DNA from: Vulcanimicrobiota bacterium | GTDB lineage: Bacteria; Vulcanimicrobiota; Vulcanimicrobiia; Vulcanimicrobiales; Vulcanimicrobiaceae | Assembly (NCBI GenBank): GCA_963833095.1 | Contig: CAWHWQ010000005.1 | Coordinates: forward strand, 128,001 to 192,000 | Direction: 5' to 3' | Length of the DNA stretch: 64,000 nucleotides | Shown: piece by piece, positions 20,746 through 29,467 of the stretch | Position numbering within the stretch: position 1 is the stretch's first letter | Layout: each line of letters begins with the position of its first letter | The notes under the pieces: generated by a model | What the model saw: the letters and a program-made list of their open reading frames with translations, nothing else | Databases searched by the model: none | Told to the model about the DNA's origin: nothing | Translations under genes and position numbers: made by a program

Positions 20746-20883
20746 ATGTCGAACGCAACCACCACCGATGATAAGCGTAAGGCAGAACGGCGCGGAGGCG
20801 ATCGCCGGGTGTTGAACATCGCCGTGACCTCTGACCGACGTAGCGGAATCGACCGGCGCGAACGCGACCGGCGCGCCAACTAG
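20746..20883 (+). CDS. 45-aa microprotein with ERR/DRR repeats
   Basis: Manual translation MSNATTTDDKRKAERRGGDRRVLNIAVTSDRRSGIDRRERDRRAN*; no clear SD. Confidence 0.55.
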   Translation: MSNATTTDDKRKAERRGGDRRVLNIAVTSDRRSGIDRRERDRRAN

Positions 20884-21013
20884 CACCCAACGCTAGAACC
20901 GCGCGAGTAGGCCTCAGACAGCCCGCACACGAGGGCTCGAGTTTTCGTGTGCGCCGTCCAGGAGAATGCAAAGTCCGAGCCAATGAAGAGCATGCTTTGC
21001 ATTTGGATGGCCT

Positions 21014-21928
21014 ATGAACGTCAAAGACCTTCAGTACGCGCTCGCGCTCGAACGGCGGCGCAGCTTTAGCCGAGCTGCCGAGGAGTGCGGCGTGGCTCAG
21101 CCGACCTTGAGCGCCCAGATCCGAAAGCTCGAGAGTGAGCTCGGCGTGGAGCTCTTCGAGCGCGACGGCCGCACCCTTCGCGTCACGCCCGCAGGCGAGC
21201 TGATCCTCGATCAGGCACGGGTCGTGCTTGACGCCGTCGCTCGCATCGAGGAAGTAGCCCAATCTCGCGCCGACCCGATGGTCGGACCGATTCGCTTGGG
21301 CGTCATCCCGACGCTGGCTCCGTACCTTTTGCCGGGCATCCTCGGGCCGCTGCAAAGACAGCTCCCGGCTGCGCCGCTCGTCGTCGTCGAAGACATGACG
21401 CATCGCCTGCTCGAGTCAATTCACGCGGGGCGACTCGATGCGGCGCTGGTGGCCACCGATCACCGCGACGGAAACCTCTCGGAGATCGCGCTCTTCGACG
21501 AGCCGTTCAGCTTGGCGCTCCCCAGCGACGATCCGCTTGCGAAGCAAACGAGCGTTCGGGTCGAGGAGCTCGATCCGGCAGCGCTTATTTTACTTGCCGA
21601 CGGACACTGCTTGTCGGACCAGGCATTGGCGCTCTGCGGTCAGGCACGCGGCCGCGGCCTGCGTAGCGACCTCTCGGCAACCAGTCTGGAGACCGTGCTC
21701 AATTTGGTCGAGGCCGGCCTTGGGATGACGATCGTCCCCCTCCTCGCGCGGACGCACTTCCAAAGCCGCTTTACGCGCATCGTCTTTCGGCCGCTCGAGG
21801 GTCCGCACTCATCCCGCTCGATTCGCGTGATTCATCGTGCCTTTGTGCCGCGACGTCCGGCAATCGAGCGCCTCGCCGCGACGATCCGAGAGAGCGCGCT
21901 CGTAGGCGTTGCCGTCGAGAGCGTGTAA
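21014..21928 (+). CDS. oxyR: LysR-family hydrogen peroxide sensor OxyR
   Basis: SFSRAAEECGVAQPTLSAQIRKLE HTH; LGVIPTLAPYLLP; DGHCLSDQALALC with both redox Cys; ATSLET. Confidence 0.85.
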   Translation: MNVKDLQYALALERRRSFSRAAEECGVAQPTLSAQIRKLESELGVELFERDGRTLRVTPAGELILDQARVVLDAVARIEEVAQSRADPMVGPIRLGVIPTLAPYLLPGILGPLQRQLPAAPLVVVEDMTHRLLESIHAGRLDAALVATDHRDGNLSEIALFDEPFSLALPSDDPLAKQTSVRVEELDPAALILLADGHCLSDQALALCGQARGRGLRSDLSATSLETVLNLVEAGLGMTIVPLLARTHFQSRFTRIVFRPLEGPHSSRSIRVIHRAFVPRRPAIERLAATIRESALVGVAVESV

Positions 21929-21937
21929 GATGAGTTC

Positions 21938-22375
21938 ATGGCCGACGTGAATCGGGATCTTTTTCCGACTACGAAAATCAACGTGCCGAACCTCGTCCCG
22001 CTGATGGATCGTTTGCGCAACGATGCGCTCAAGCGCTCGATCACGGTGCTCCACGTGCGCACATCCGAAGAGGGCGAATGGATTTGCTCGACTGCGGCGG
22101 CGCGTCTTACGCGCGAACGCGTGCAACTGCTCGCTCCACAAGACGGCAGGGTGATCGATCTCGTCGAACAGGCCATCCGTGCAAAAATACCGATCGTCTT
22201 CGTGGGAGAGATCCGTCGCGAAGAGGATGCGCGCGCACTGCGCGCCGCAGCAACACTGGGCATCCGCACGGTCGGATTTTTGGTTCGCGACTCGCGCAAG
22301 GAAGCCCACGACACCCTGAGCATCCTCGGCGGGTGGAGCAGCTTCGACGTCGCGTTGCTCAGCGAAACCGCTTAA
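21938..22375 (+). CDS. Hypothetical protein, degenerate stand-alone PilT/VirB11-like ATPase domain
   Basis: IVFVGEIRREEDARALRAAATLG resembles Walker B region (ILVGEIRD..TA..A..AA.TG); no Walker A. Confidence 0.55.
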   Translation: MADVNRDLFPTTKINVPNLVPLMDRLRNDALKRSITVLHVRTSEEGEWICSTAAARLTRERVQLLAPQDGRVIDLVEQAIRAKIPIVFVGEIRREEDARALRAAATLGIRTVGFLVRDSRKEAHDTLSILGGWSSFDVALLSETA

Positions 22376-23235
22376 AGCTCGAGCACGCTCTCGTAGACCT
22401 CCACGCATTCACCGCCGGCCACGATCTGCTGCACGGCCGTCCCTTCGACGGTGAAGCGCGCATGTAAGACCGACGGCCGCTCCATCGCGTGGCCCTGATG
22501 CACTTCGAGCTTGGTGCGGCTGGGGTCGAGCAGGCGCCACCACCCAAGCGCCGCGCAAAGCGGTGCAATCGAACTGCCGGTCGCGGGATCCTCGCCGATT
22601 TTGCTCGCGAGGTCGGGAAACATCCGCGAGTAGGCCTTGCCGCCTTGGTAGCTTAGGATGAGCACGTTGCCTTCGCCGATGGTTTCGCTTGTCGCCTTGA
22701 CCAAGTCGCCGCGATCGAGCATGACCCAATCAACGTTCTGCTCGGTATCCAGCAAGACGATCAAGAACTCAACACCGCGCCCGCCGAAGACCTGCGGCGG
22801 CATCATGACGGTGGAAACGGGCAGCCCGAGAGCTTGCGCGACGGCGGCGCGATCGGCGGCCGGGCTAAGTGCTTCGGCCGGCGGTGGCGTCATCCAAAGC
22901 ATCTTGCCCTCCGTGCGCACGGGGATGATGCCTGCCTCCATTTCAAACGCCAAGTCCGGCGTGCCGCGACCCGAGTGCTGCAACACGAACGCCGTTCCCA
23001 ATGTCGGATGACCTGCGAATGGCAATTCTTTGCCCGGGGTGAAGATGCGCACGTGGTGCGTTGCGCGTTCGTCATTCGAGCGCGTCACGAACGTCGATTC
23101 GGAAAGGTTCATTTCGCGCGCGATCTTCTGCATCGTTTCGCCGTCGAGGCCCTCGGCGTCGAGAAACACGGCGAGCGGATTCCCGCCGAACCGGTGGGAC
23201 GTGAAAACGTCCACATGATATAAAGGCATCTTCAT
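22372..23235 (-). CDS. PhzF-family isomerase
   Basis: VDVFT...GGNPLAVF, MNLSESTFV, RIFTPGKELPFAGHPTLG, EDPATGS; start could be 23229, 23235 or 23241. Confidence 0.92.
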   Translation of the reverse strand: MKMPLYHVDVFTSHRFGGNPLAVFLDAEGLDGETMQKIAREMNLSESTFVTRSNDERATHHVRIFTPGKELPFAGHPTLGTAFVLQHSGRGTPDLAFEMEAGIIPVRTEGKMLWMTPPPAEALSPAADRAAVAQALGLPVSTVMMPPQVFGGRGVEFLIVLLDTEQNVDWVMLDRGDLVKATSETIGEGNVLILSYQGGKAYSRMFPDLASKIGEDPATGSSIAPLCAALGWWRLLDPSRTKLEVHQGHAMERPSVLHARFTVEGTAVQQIVAGGECVEVYESVLEL

Positions 23236-23983
23236 GACCATTCCACTCTACCATGCCGTTGCGTCCGGCGCACCCGATCCCGCGGCGATTTTCACGCGAG
23301 CGCAAACGGTCTGGAGCGCGCGAACGGAGCCGCCGTACGAGTCATTCACGTTGTCATGCGAAGACACGTTCCTCGCCGACAAATGCCAAGCCGGCACGCA
23401 GGTCCAGTTCATCGTGCGTTTAAGCGACGGCCGGACCTTCGCGCAAACAATCGCCGCAAATGGGCGCCCTGCAAGCGTGCTCTTGCGGGGCGGGTATATC
23501 GTCGGACCGGCCGGTGCACCGTTCGGGTTTTATCGCCGCTCCCCGGTTCCCGGCGCAACGATCGCTGCGCCGCCGCCGAATCTCGCAGAAGACCCGATGA
23601 CGACGATTGCAACGGTCGCCGCGGTCGATCGCGCGTACGCGATTACACTCGCTGGCACCGAGCTCACCGGCGCGTGCACGTGTTATCATCTACGCTTGCG
23701 CCCGCTGCGCGATCCGCAAGCGTACCCGCTTCGTGATCTCTGGATCGATACGATGACGTACAACGTGGTGCGCTTGACCTACGCGTGGCCGTACAATGGC
23801 ACCACCGCCTCCGTGACCTACGATTTTGCGCCGCTGGGTCCGCGGGCGATCTGGACGGTCGTGCACATTGACGCGCAGGCGGTCTCACACGGACTCTTTA
23901 CCACACATGTCGAGCGCGTCAGTGAAGGCTTGCAAAACATCGCGTTCCCGGAAAGCGAGCCCGATGCCGATTTCACGCCTTAG
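23234..23983 (+). CDS. Hypothetical protein (lipoprotein-sorting/LolA-like beta fold suspected)
   Basis: 249-aa ORF; YHLRLRPLRDPQAYPLRDLWID segment. Confidence 0.6.
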   Translation: MTIPLYHAVASGAPDPAAIFTRAQTVWSARTEPPYESFTLSCEDTFLADKCQAGTQVQFIVRLSDGRTFAQTIAANGRPASVLLRGGYIVGPAGAPFGFYRRSPVPGATIAAPPPNLAEDPMTTIATVAAVDRAYAITLAGTELTGACTCYHLRLRPLRDPQAYPLRDLWIDTMTYNVVRLTYAWPYNGTTASVTYDFAPLGPRAIWTVVHIDAQAVSHGLFTTHVERVSEGLQNIAFPESEPDADFTP

Positions 23984-24568
23984 TCACTGCTTCAAGTAAC
24001 GAAGCGCAACGCACCCCGACGTAAGAATCTTGGAATCAACAAGTTTCAATTGCAACGTCTCCTCCAAGCTAACACCGTCCAACAACCGTCGTCCTTCTCC
24101 CGCCACGATTGGCTGAACGACAAAATGAAATTCATCGACGAGACCAAGCTCTATGAGTTGTGAGGGAATGGCTACACCACCCGTTAAGATATTCTTACCT
24201 TGTTCTCGTTTTAGTTTGAGTATTTCGTCGTGAATATTCGTACGAACAAGTCGCGTATTTTTTGATTCAGTGCTGTCTAACGATTGCGAGAACACAACTT
24301 TGTTTATGGAGTCAAATGCTTGAGCGAATTCGTTCGCCGCTTTTGTCCCAGAACGATTTTTTGCGAGATCCGGCCAAAAAGGAACCATCAATTGATAGGT
24401 TTTGCGCCCGCATACGAGCAGATCTACATCTTGCAAGAGGCGCGTATGATATTCATATATCTCCTCACTACCTTCGATTGAACCGCCGGACGATCGCTCC
24501 ATGACTGTTTTGGTGTGGTCGCAGCAGCCATCTAAGGTAATGTTGATTGCGAAGACGACATTTCTCAT
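23984..24568 (-). CDS. Dihydrofolate reductase/RibD C-terminal family protein
   Basis: INITLDG, GRKTYQLM..FWP, KVVFS, GLVDEF, PIVAGEGRRL; visibly AT-richer than flanks. Confidence 0.88.
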   Translation of the reverse strand: MRNVVFAINITLDGCCDHTKTVMERSSGGSIEGSEEIYEYHTRLLQDVDLLVCGRKTYQLMVPFWPDLAKNRSGTKAANEFAQAFDSINKVVFSQSLDSTESKNTRLVRTNIHDEILKLKREQGKNILTGGVAIPSQLIELGLVDEFHFVVQPIVAGEGRRLLDGVSLEETLQLKLVDSKILTSGCVALRYLKQ

Positions 24569-25734
24569 TTTTGCCCCAGCCGCTGGACGATCTCGGATCG
24601 AAGATCCGCTCGCGTCGGAAATCCGTTGACGGCCATGAATAGGTCCGCTTCAGCAAGCAAACAACGCAAGACGTGCACGATCCCGTCGACGCCCCCAAGC
24701 GCGAGCCCGTAGGCGTAGGGACGTCCGATACCAACTGCGGTCGCGCCCAAGGCTAACGCCTTGATGGCATCGACACCGGTTCGCACGCCTGAATCGAAGA
24801 GCACGGGAATCTTTCCGGCTGCCTCGATCACGTCCGGCAACATGTCAATTGCCGCGATACCGCCGTTGGCTTGACGTCCACCGTGATTGGAGCAATAGAT
24901 CCCGTCCACACCACCGTCGATTGCTCGGCGTACGTCATCGGGATGACACACGCCCTTAACGAGCAAGGGGAGTTTCGTCAACGAGCGCAGCCATGGCAGA
25001 TCATCCCACGTCAACGGATTGCCGAATATTTTGGTCCACTGCATCGTGGCGGCTGCCACATCGTCTTGTGGACGTTTCGAAAGCATCGCGCGAAAACGTT
25101 CGTCGGAAAAATAGTTTTCGAGGCAGTGGCCTCGCAGCTGCGGAAAACTTCCCGACGCCAGATCGCGCGGGCGCCAACCTGGAATCCAGGTGTCGAGCGT
25201 GACGACGATACCCTTGAAGCCGGCGGCTTCCGCGCGCCGCACGAGGCTCTGGGCAAGGTCGCGATCCGTTGGCGTGTAGAGTTGAAAGAATCCCGGCGTA
25301 TCCCCAAAGTGCGTGGCAACGTCTTCGAGCCGATCGACCGATAACGTCGAGGCGACCATTGGGACGCCCGTGCGGGCTGCGGCTTGTGCTGTCGCAATAT
25401 CACCGTGGCCGTCCGGTGCGCACAAACCGATCACGCCAACGGGCGCCATGAATAGCGGCGTCGGAAGCTTGAGGCCAAACAGATCGATCGAGAGGTCACG
25501 CTTCGTCGCCGCTCTGAACATGCGCGGCACAATTCCCCAACGGTCGAACGCGCTGACGTTGAGGTCTTGCGTGCGTTCGTTCCCGCAGCCGCCCGCGACG
25601 TACGACGCGAGGCTTGGCGGCAATGCCGCAAGGGCCTTCGCTTCGAGTTCTTCGTAACGGATTGGAAAACGCGGATTATTCCCGTGCAACGCCGCCAGGT
25701 AAATCTCAAATTGAAAATCTCCGAAATTTGCCAC
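24565..25734 (-). CDS. FMN-dependent alpha-hydroxy-acid oxidase / lactate 2-monooxygenase-like
   Basis: MAPVG, FFQLY, VTLDT, SNHGGRQ, DSGVRTGVD, IGRPY. Confidence 0.92.
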   Translation of the reverse strand: MANFGDFQFEIYLAALHGNNPRFPIRYEELEAKALAALPPSLASYVAGGCGNERTQDLNVSAFDRWGIVPRMFRAATKRDLSIDLFGLKLPTPLFMAPVGVIGLCAPDGHGDIATAQAAARTGVPMVASTLSVDRLEDVATHFGDTPGFFQLYTPTDRDLAQSLVRRAEAAGFKGIVVTLDTWIPGWRPRDLASGSFPQLRGHCLENYFSDERFRAMLSKRPQDDVAAATMQWTKIFGNPLTWDDLPWLRSLTKLPLLVKGVCHPDDVRRAIDGGVDGIYCSNHGGRQANGGIAAIDMLPDVIEAAGKIPVLFDSGVRTGVDAIKALALGATAVGIGRPYAYGLALGGVDGIVHVLRCLLAEADLFMAVNGFPTRADLRSEIVQRLGQK

Positions 25735-25743
25735 AACGACTCC

Positions 25744-26448
25744 CTACACGACGGCAACGACGGTGACGTCCGCACTTTCCAGTGCTGCGCGAATCGCGCG
25801 AGCAAAGGTGAGCGCATGCGGACTGTCTCCGTGCAGGCAGATCGTTTCACCCGCTCCGGATCGCGCGAACGCCAGCGCCTGCGCGACCGCAGCGTCGGCG
25901 TCCTCGATCAACGCGCCGGGCTCTCCGCGCGGAACCAGCGACCCGTCGGCTTGATAACGGCGATCGGCGAAGACTTCGGCAATCGGCCGTAAGCCGAATG
26001 CGCGGGCGCTTGCAATTTGCTCACCACCGGCAAGAGCGAAGAGCGCAAGCTGCGGATCGACCGCGTGCACCGCGCGCGAGATGGCGTCGGCGACTGCGCG
26101 ATCGCGCGCGGCGACATTGTATAACGCCCCGTGCGCCTTGACGTGGCGCAGCCGGGCGTTATGCGCTTGCGCAATTACCGCGAGCCCGCGCACCTGCGTC
26201 ACGACGTCATCGAAGATCTCGTCGGGCGTTCGACGCAACACGAGCCGCCCGAAGTTTTCGCGATCCGGATACGAAGGATGCGCGCCGATTGCAACTCCAT
26301 GGCGTATCGCATCGCGCACGGTGGTCTCCATCGTCGCCGCGTCGCCGGCGTGCGCGCCGCAGGCGATATTTGCCGACGTGACGATCGCGAGCAGCGCGTC
26401 ATCGTCGCCGCATCCTTCACCAAGATCGGCGTTGAGATCGATGGTCAT
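25744..26448 (-). CDS. pxpA: 5-oxoprolinase subunit A (LamB/YcsF)
   Basis: [53 protein letters not shown]. Confidence 0.93.
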   Translation of the reverse strand: MTIDLNADLGEGCGDDDALLAIVTSANIACGAHAGDAATMETTVRDAIRHGVAIGAHPSYPDRENFGRLVLRRTPDEIFDDVVTQVRGLAVIAQAHNARLRHVKAHGALYNVAARDRAVADAISRAVHAVDPQLALFALAGGEQIASARAFGLRPIAEVFADRRYQADGSLVPRGEPGALIEDADAAVAQALAFARSGAGETICLHGDSPHALTFARAIRAALESADVTVVAVV

Positions 26449-27287
26449 TACAGGTTGTACTCCACGAAGCGCACCTGCGCGCCAATCGGCGCTTGCGCCA
26501 GCATCCATAGATCTTCTTCGTGTACTACGCCGGCGAGCGGATATCCGCCGGTGGTCTGCGCATCGCTCATGAGCACGATCGGTTCACCTGAGGGCGGGAG
26601 CTGAATAAAGCCGGGGAAGACGGCGTGCGAGCGCATCGCGCCGATGTCGTGCGGCACGGCCGCACCTTTCAAGCGGTACCCCATGCGGTTACTTTCGTGA
26701 CCGACCGTCCAGATGCGTCCCCAGAGATGACCGCCGAGCGGTTGCGCCGACGCGCGAAGCACGGAAGCGGTGCGCGGCGGTTCGACAGCCCCACGGCGCG
26801 GTTCGCCGCGTGTCGCACCCAGCACGAGACGATCTCCTGCGCGCAAGGCTCGACCGGAAAAGCCGCCCATTGCGGCGGTGAGATCGGTCGTGCGCGATCC
26901 GAGAACGCGCGGCACATCGAGACCGCCCTCGATTGCGAGCGTCGTTCGCATCCACGCGCGTGGACGCCGCAGTACGAGTCGCGATTCCGCCTGCGCCGAA
27001 TGCGCAGCCCAGGTCGCGATCGGTCGACCGTCGAGCTCCGCGCTGCAATCCGCCCCCGCGAGCGCGAAATGCGCGGAGGATTCAAATGCGATGATGACGT
27101 CGCCGAGCACGATTTCAATAGCGGCGGCATCCTTGTCGTTCCCTACGAGTTCGTTCGCGATTGCATAGCTGCGCAAATCCATCGCCCCGCACCACCCGAC
27201 GCCTTGATGGCGCAACCCAAAGCGCCCGCGATCGACGATCAAGGTCTGCAAGCCGGCGCGCTCGATGGCGATCGCGCGTCCGTTCAT
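26448..27287 (-). CDS. pxpC: 5-oxoprolinase subunit C (allophanate hydrolase subunit 2 family)
   Basis: [33 protein letters not shown]; start MNGRAI at 27287. Confidence 0.9.
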   Translation of the reverse strand: MNGRAIAIERAGLQTLIVDRGRFGLRHQGVGWCGAMDLRSYAIANELVGNDKDAAAIEIVLGDVIIAFESSAHFALAGADCSAELDGRPIATWAAHSAQAESRLVLRRPRAWMRTTLAIEGGLDVPRVLGSRTTDLTAAMGGFSGRALRAGDRLVLGATRGEPRRGAVEPPRTASVLRASAQPLGGHLWGRIWTVGHESNRMGYRLKGAAVPHDIGAMRSHAVFPGFIQLPPSGEPIVLMSDAQTTGGYPLAGVVHEEDLWMLAQAPIGAQVRFVEYNL

Positions 27288-27931
27288 GCCGGAACAAAGC
27301 GCACGCGGTCGCCTGGTTGGACCAGCGCGGCGGGTTCTCGACCCGGATCGAACATCCGCTGCGCGGTGCGACCGATGACGTGCCAACCTCCGGGCGAGTC
27401 GAAAGGATAAACACCGCTCTGCGCGCCGGCAATCGCAACCGATCCCGCCGGCACGCGGGTGCGCGGTTGGGCGCGGCGAGGAAGATGTAAACGCCCGTCG
27501 AGACCATCGAGGTAGGCAAAGCCGGGGAGAAAACCGATGAACGCAACCACATACGACCCCGAAGCGTGCAGCGCAACGACCGTATCCTCGGACAAGCCGC
27601 ACGCCTGCGCGACCGCCTGGAGATCCGGCCCGTCGACGCCGCCATAATCAACTGCAATCTCGATCGTGCGTTCGCTCGCGTTTTCGCCGATCGCGCGTCC
27701 CCACGCCGATTCAAGCTCGCCGCGAAGCGCGTCGTAGTCGACGCAGCGATGATCGAAGGCCAGCGTGAGATTTCCCGCTCCAACGACGGCTTCAGCGACA
27801 TGCGCCCAGCCGCGAGCCGCGCGAGCGAGCGCCCAGAGGCGCGGCTGCAGGCGCGCACCCGTCTCCGCGGCCTCCAGCACGATCGTCGACTGCCCAACTC
27901 GTCGAAAGTTAGGCGTTCCAAACTCTTTCAT
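27284..27931 (-). CDS. pxpB: 5-oxoprolinase subunit B (allophanate hydrolase subunit 1 family)
   Basis: YGGVDGPDL, GFLPGFAYL, PRTRVPAGSVAIAG, SPGGWHVIGRT. Confidence 0.9.
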   Translation of the reverse strand: MKEFGTPNFRRVGQSTIVLEAAETGARLQPRLWALARAARGWAHVAEAVVGAGNLTLAFDHRCVDYDALRGELESAWGRAIGENASERTIEIAVDYGGVDGPDLQAVAQACGLSEDTVVALHASGSYVVAFIGFLPGFAYLDGLDGRLHLPRRAQPRTRVPAGSVAIAGAQSGVYPFDSPGGWHVIGRTAQRMFDPGREPAALVQPGDRVRFVPA

Positions 27932-27972
27932 CAAAGAAGGCGATTCGCTATCGACGTCCGGAAGCACCGCTC

Positions 27973-28776
27973 ATGGATCCGCAGGAACCGGTCGTCACCG
28001 AGATCGTCGTCGACATTCCGGGCTGGCAGAGCGTCAAGCCGCGCATTCCCGATACGTTGCAGCGGCGAAATCTCGAGGCACAGCGGAGCGTGCGCGAGAT
28101 TGTCTTCGGCGCGCAAGACGGCATTCTCACGACGCTCGGCATCATCACCGGCGTCGGCGTCGCCGAAGGCGCGCGTTCGGCGGTCTTTATCAGCGGATTT
28201 CTCGCGATGCTCGCAGGCGCGCTCTCGATGGCGGTCGGCGAGTATTTGGGCGGCCGATCCGAACGCGAAGTGGTGCAAGCGACAATCGCGATGGAGAAGG
28301 CCGAAATGGCGGCCGATCCGCAGGGCGAGTTCGCCGAGCAAGTCGCTTATTATAAGATGAAAGGCTTCTCAGCTGAGGAAGCGCAGATGATCGTGCGCCG
28401 TCTCGCGCAGCATCCCGACATCTACCTTTATGAAATGATGCGTGACGAGTTCGGCATCGACCCACGCGTCGCCGACGATACCGATCTGCGCGCGCCGATC
28501 GCGATGGGGGGATCGTTTGCGTTAGGGTCGCTGGTGCCGATTATTGCCTACATCATCCCGCTCTCGATGATCGGCTCGACCATTCTCGCGCTCGTGCTCG
28601 CGGTCGCCGCACTTTTCGGCGTCGGATTCTATGCCGCGCGCAACACCGATCGCAATCCGGTGAGCAAGGGACTCGAGATCGTCGCCTTCGGCGTCGTCGT
28701 GTTCGTCCTCTCGTATCTCGCGGGCCACTACATTCCGCCGCTGTTCGGCCACGCGCCGGTTTCAGTGGGCGGATAA
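27973..28776 (+). CDS. VIT1/CCC1 family iron/manganese transporter
   Basis: REIVFGAQDG and AGALSMAVGEYL motifs, Glu-rich cytoplasmic domain. Confidence 0.9.
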   Translation: MDPQEPVVTEIVVDIPGWQSVKPRIPDTLQRRNLEAQRSVREIVFGAQDGILTTLGIITGVGVAEGARSAVFISGFLAMLAGALSMAVGEYLGGRSEREVVQATIAMEKAEMAADPQGEFAEQVAYYKMKGFSAEEAQMIVRRLAQHPDIYLYEMMRDEFGIDPRVADDTDLRAPIAMGGSFALGSLVPIIAYIIPLSMIGSTILALVLAVAALFGVGFYAARNTDRNPVSKGLEIVAFGVVVFVLSYLAGHYIPPLFGHAPVSVGG

Positions 28777-28777
28777 T

Positions 28778-29467
28778 TCAGGGCAACACTCCGTCAAACG
28801 ATTCTCGCTGATATGCGTCCAAAAACGCTTGCAATTCCGCGACTCGCTGCGCGCCCATCCGCTGCGCCGTTTTGGTGATCAACTTGGGCGGAATGTCGTG
28901 AATGAAGCTGCGTAGCGCTTTTATCGCATTCGCCGCGCTTGCTGCGGAGGCACCGGTGAGCGAAATCATTCGCACGGCACCGATCGCTCCGAGAAAATCG
29001 AGCGAGTCGGCATCATGTAAGACGATCGCATTGGGATCGCTGCCCGGGTCACTGTAGTACATGTGGCCCCGCATTGCCGCTTGCACGCTTGGAAACTTCG
29101 CCATCGGAAAGCCGGCATCGCGCAGGATCGATTCACTCTCGCGCGCGGCGACGTCGCCATGCTCACCCTTGGCTTGATAGGGCGCAAAGGCCGCCATATC
29201 GTGCAGCATACACGCAGCGAAAAGGACGTCGGTATCGATGGTAAGACCATCGCCTTTGGCGAGCTGGAGCGCGATTTGATAGTTGCGCTCGCCGTGCTGC
29301 CAACCCCAGGCCGGATGCGTGAACGATTTCCGCGCCAGCTCGTAGATCGTCACTTTCCAAGGCGCATCCAGCGGAATTCCGCTCGCGGTTGTCGGACTTG
29401 CGCATACCGGACTCGAGATCGCAAGCGCGAGCACCGCAAGGGTGATCGAACGGACCAAATTCTTCAT
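28778..29467 (-). CDS. HD-domain protein with predicted signal peptide
   Basis: H...LHDM...GH...HDADSLD motifs; N-terminus MKNLVRSITLAVLALAISSPVCA. Confidence 0.8.
   Translation of the reverse strand: MKNLVRSITLAVLALAISSPVCASPTTASGIPLDAPWKVTIYELARKSFTHPAWGWQHGERNYQIALQLAKGDGLTIDTDVLFAACMLHDMAAFAPYQAKGEHGDVAARESESILRDAGFPMAKFPSVQAAMRGHMYYSDPGSDPNAIVLHDADSLDFLGAIGAVRMISLTGASAASAANAIKALRSFIHDIPPKLITKTAQRMGAQRVAELQAFLDAYQRESFDGVLP

Noticed and set aside
20884..21013. Divergent OxyR target gene or full OxyR box
   Set aside because: Only a partial ATAG-N7 pattern and no katG/ahpC/dps ORF on the opposite strand
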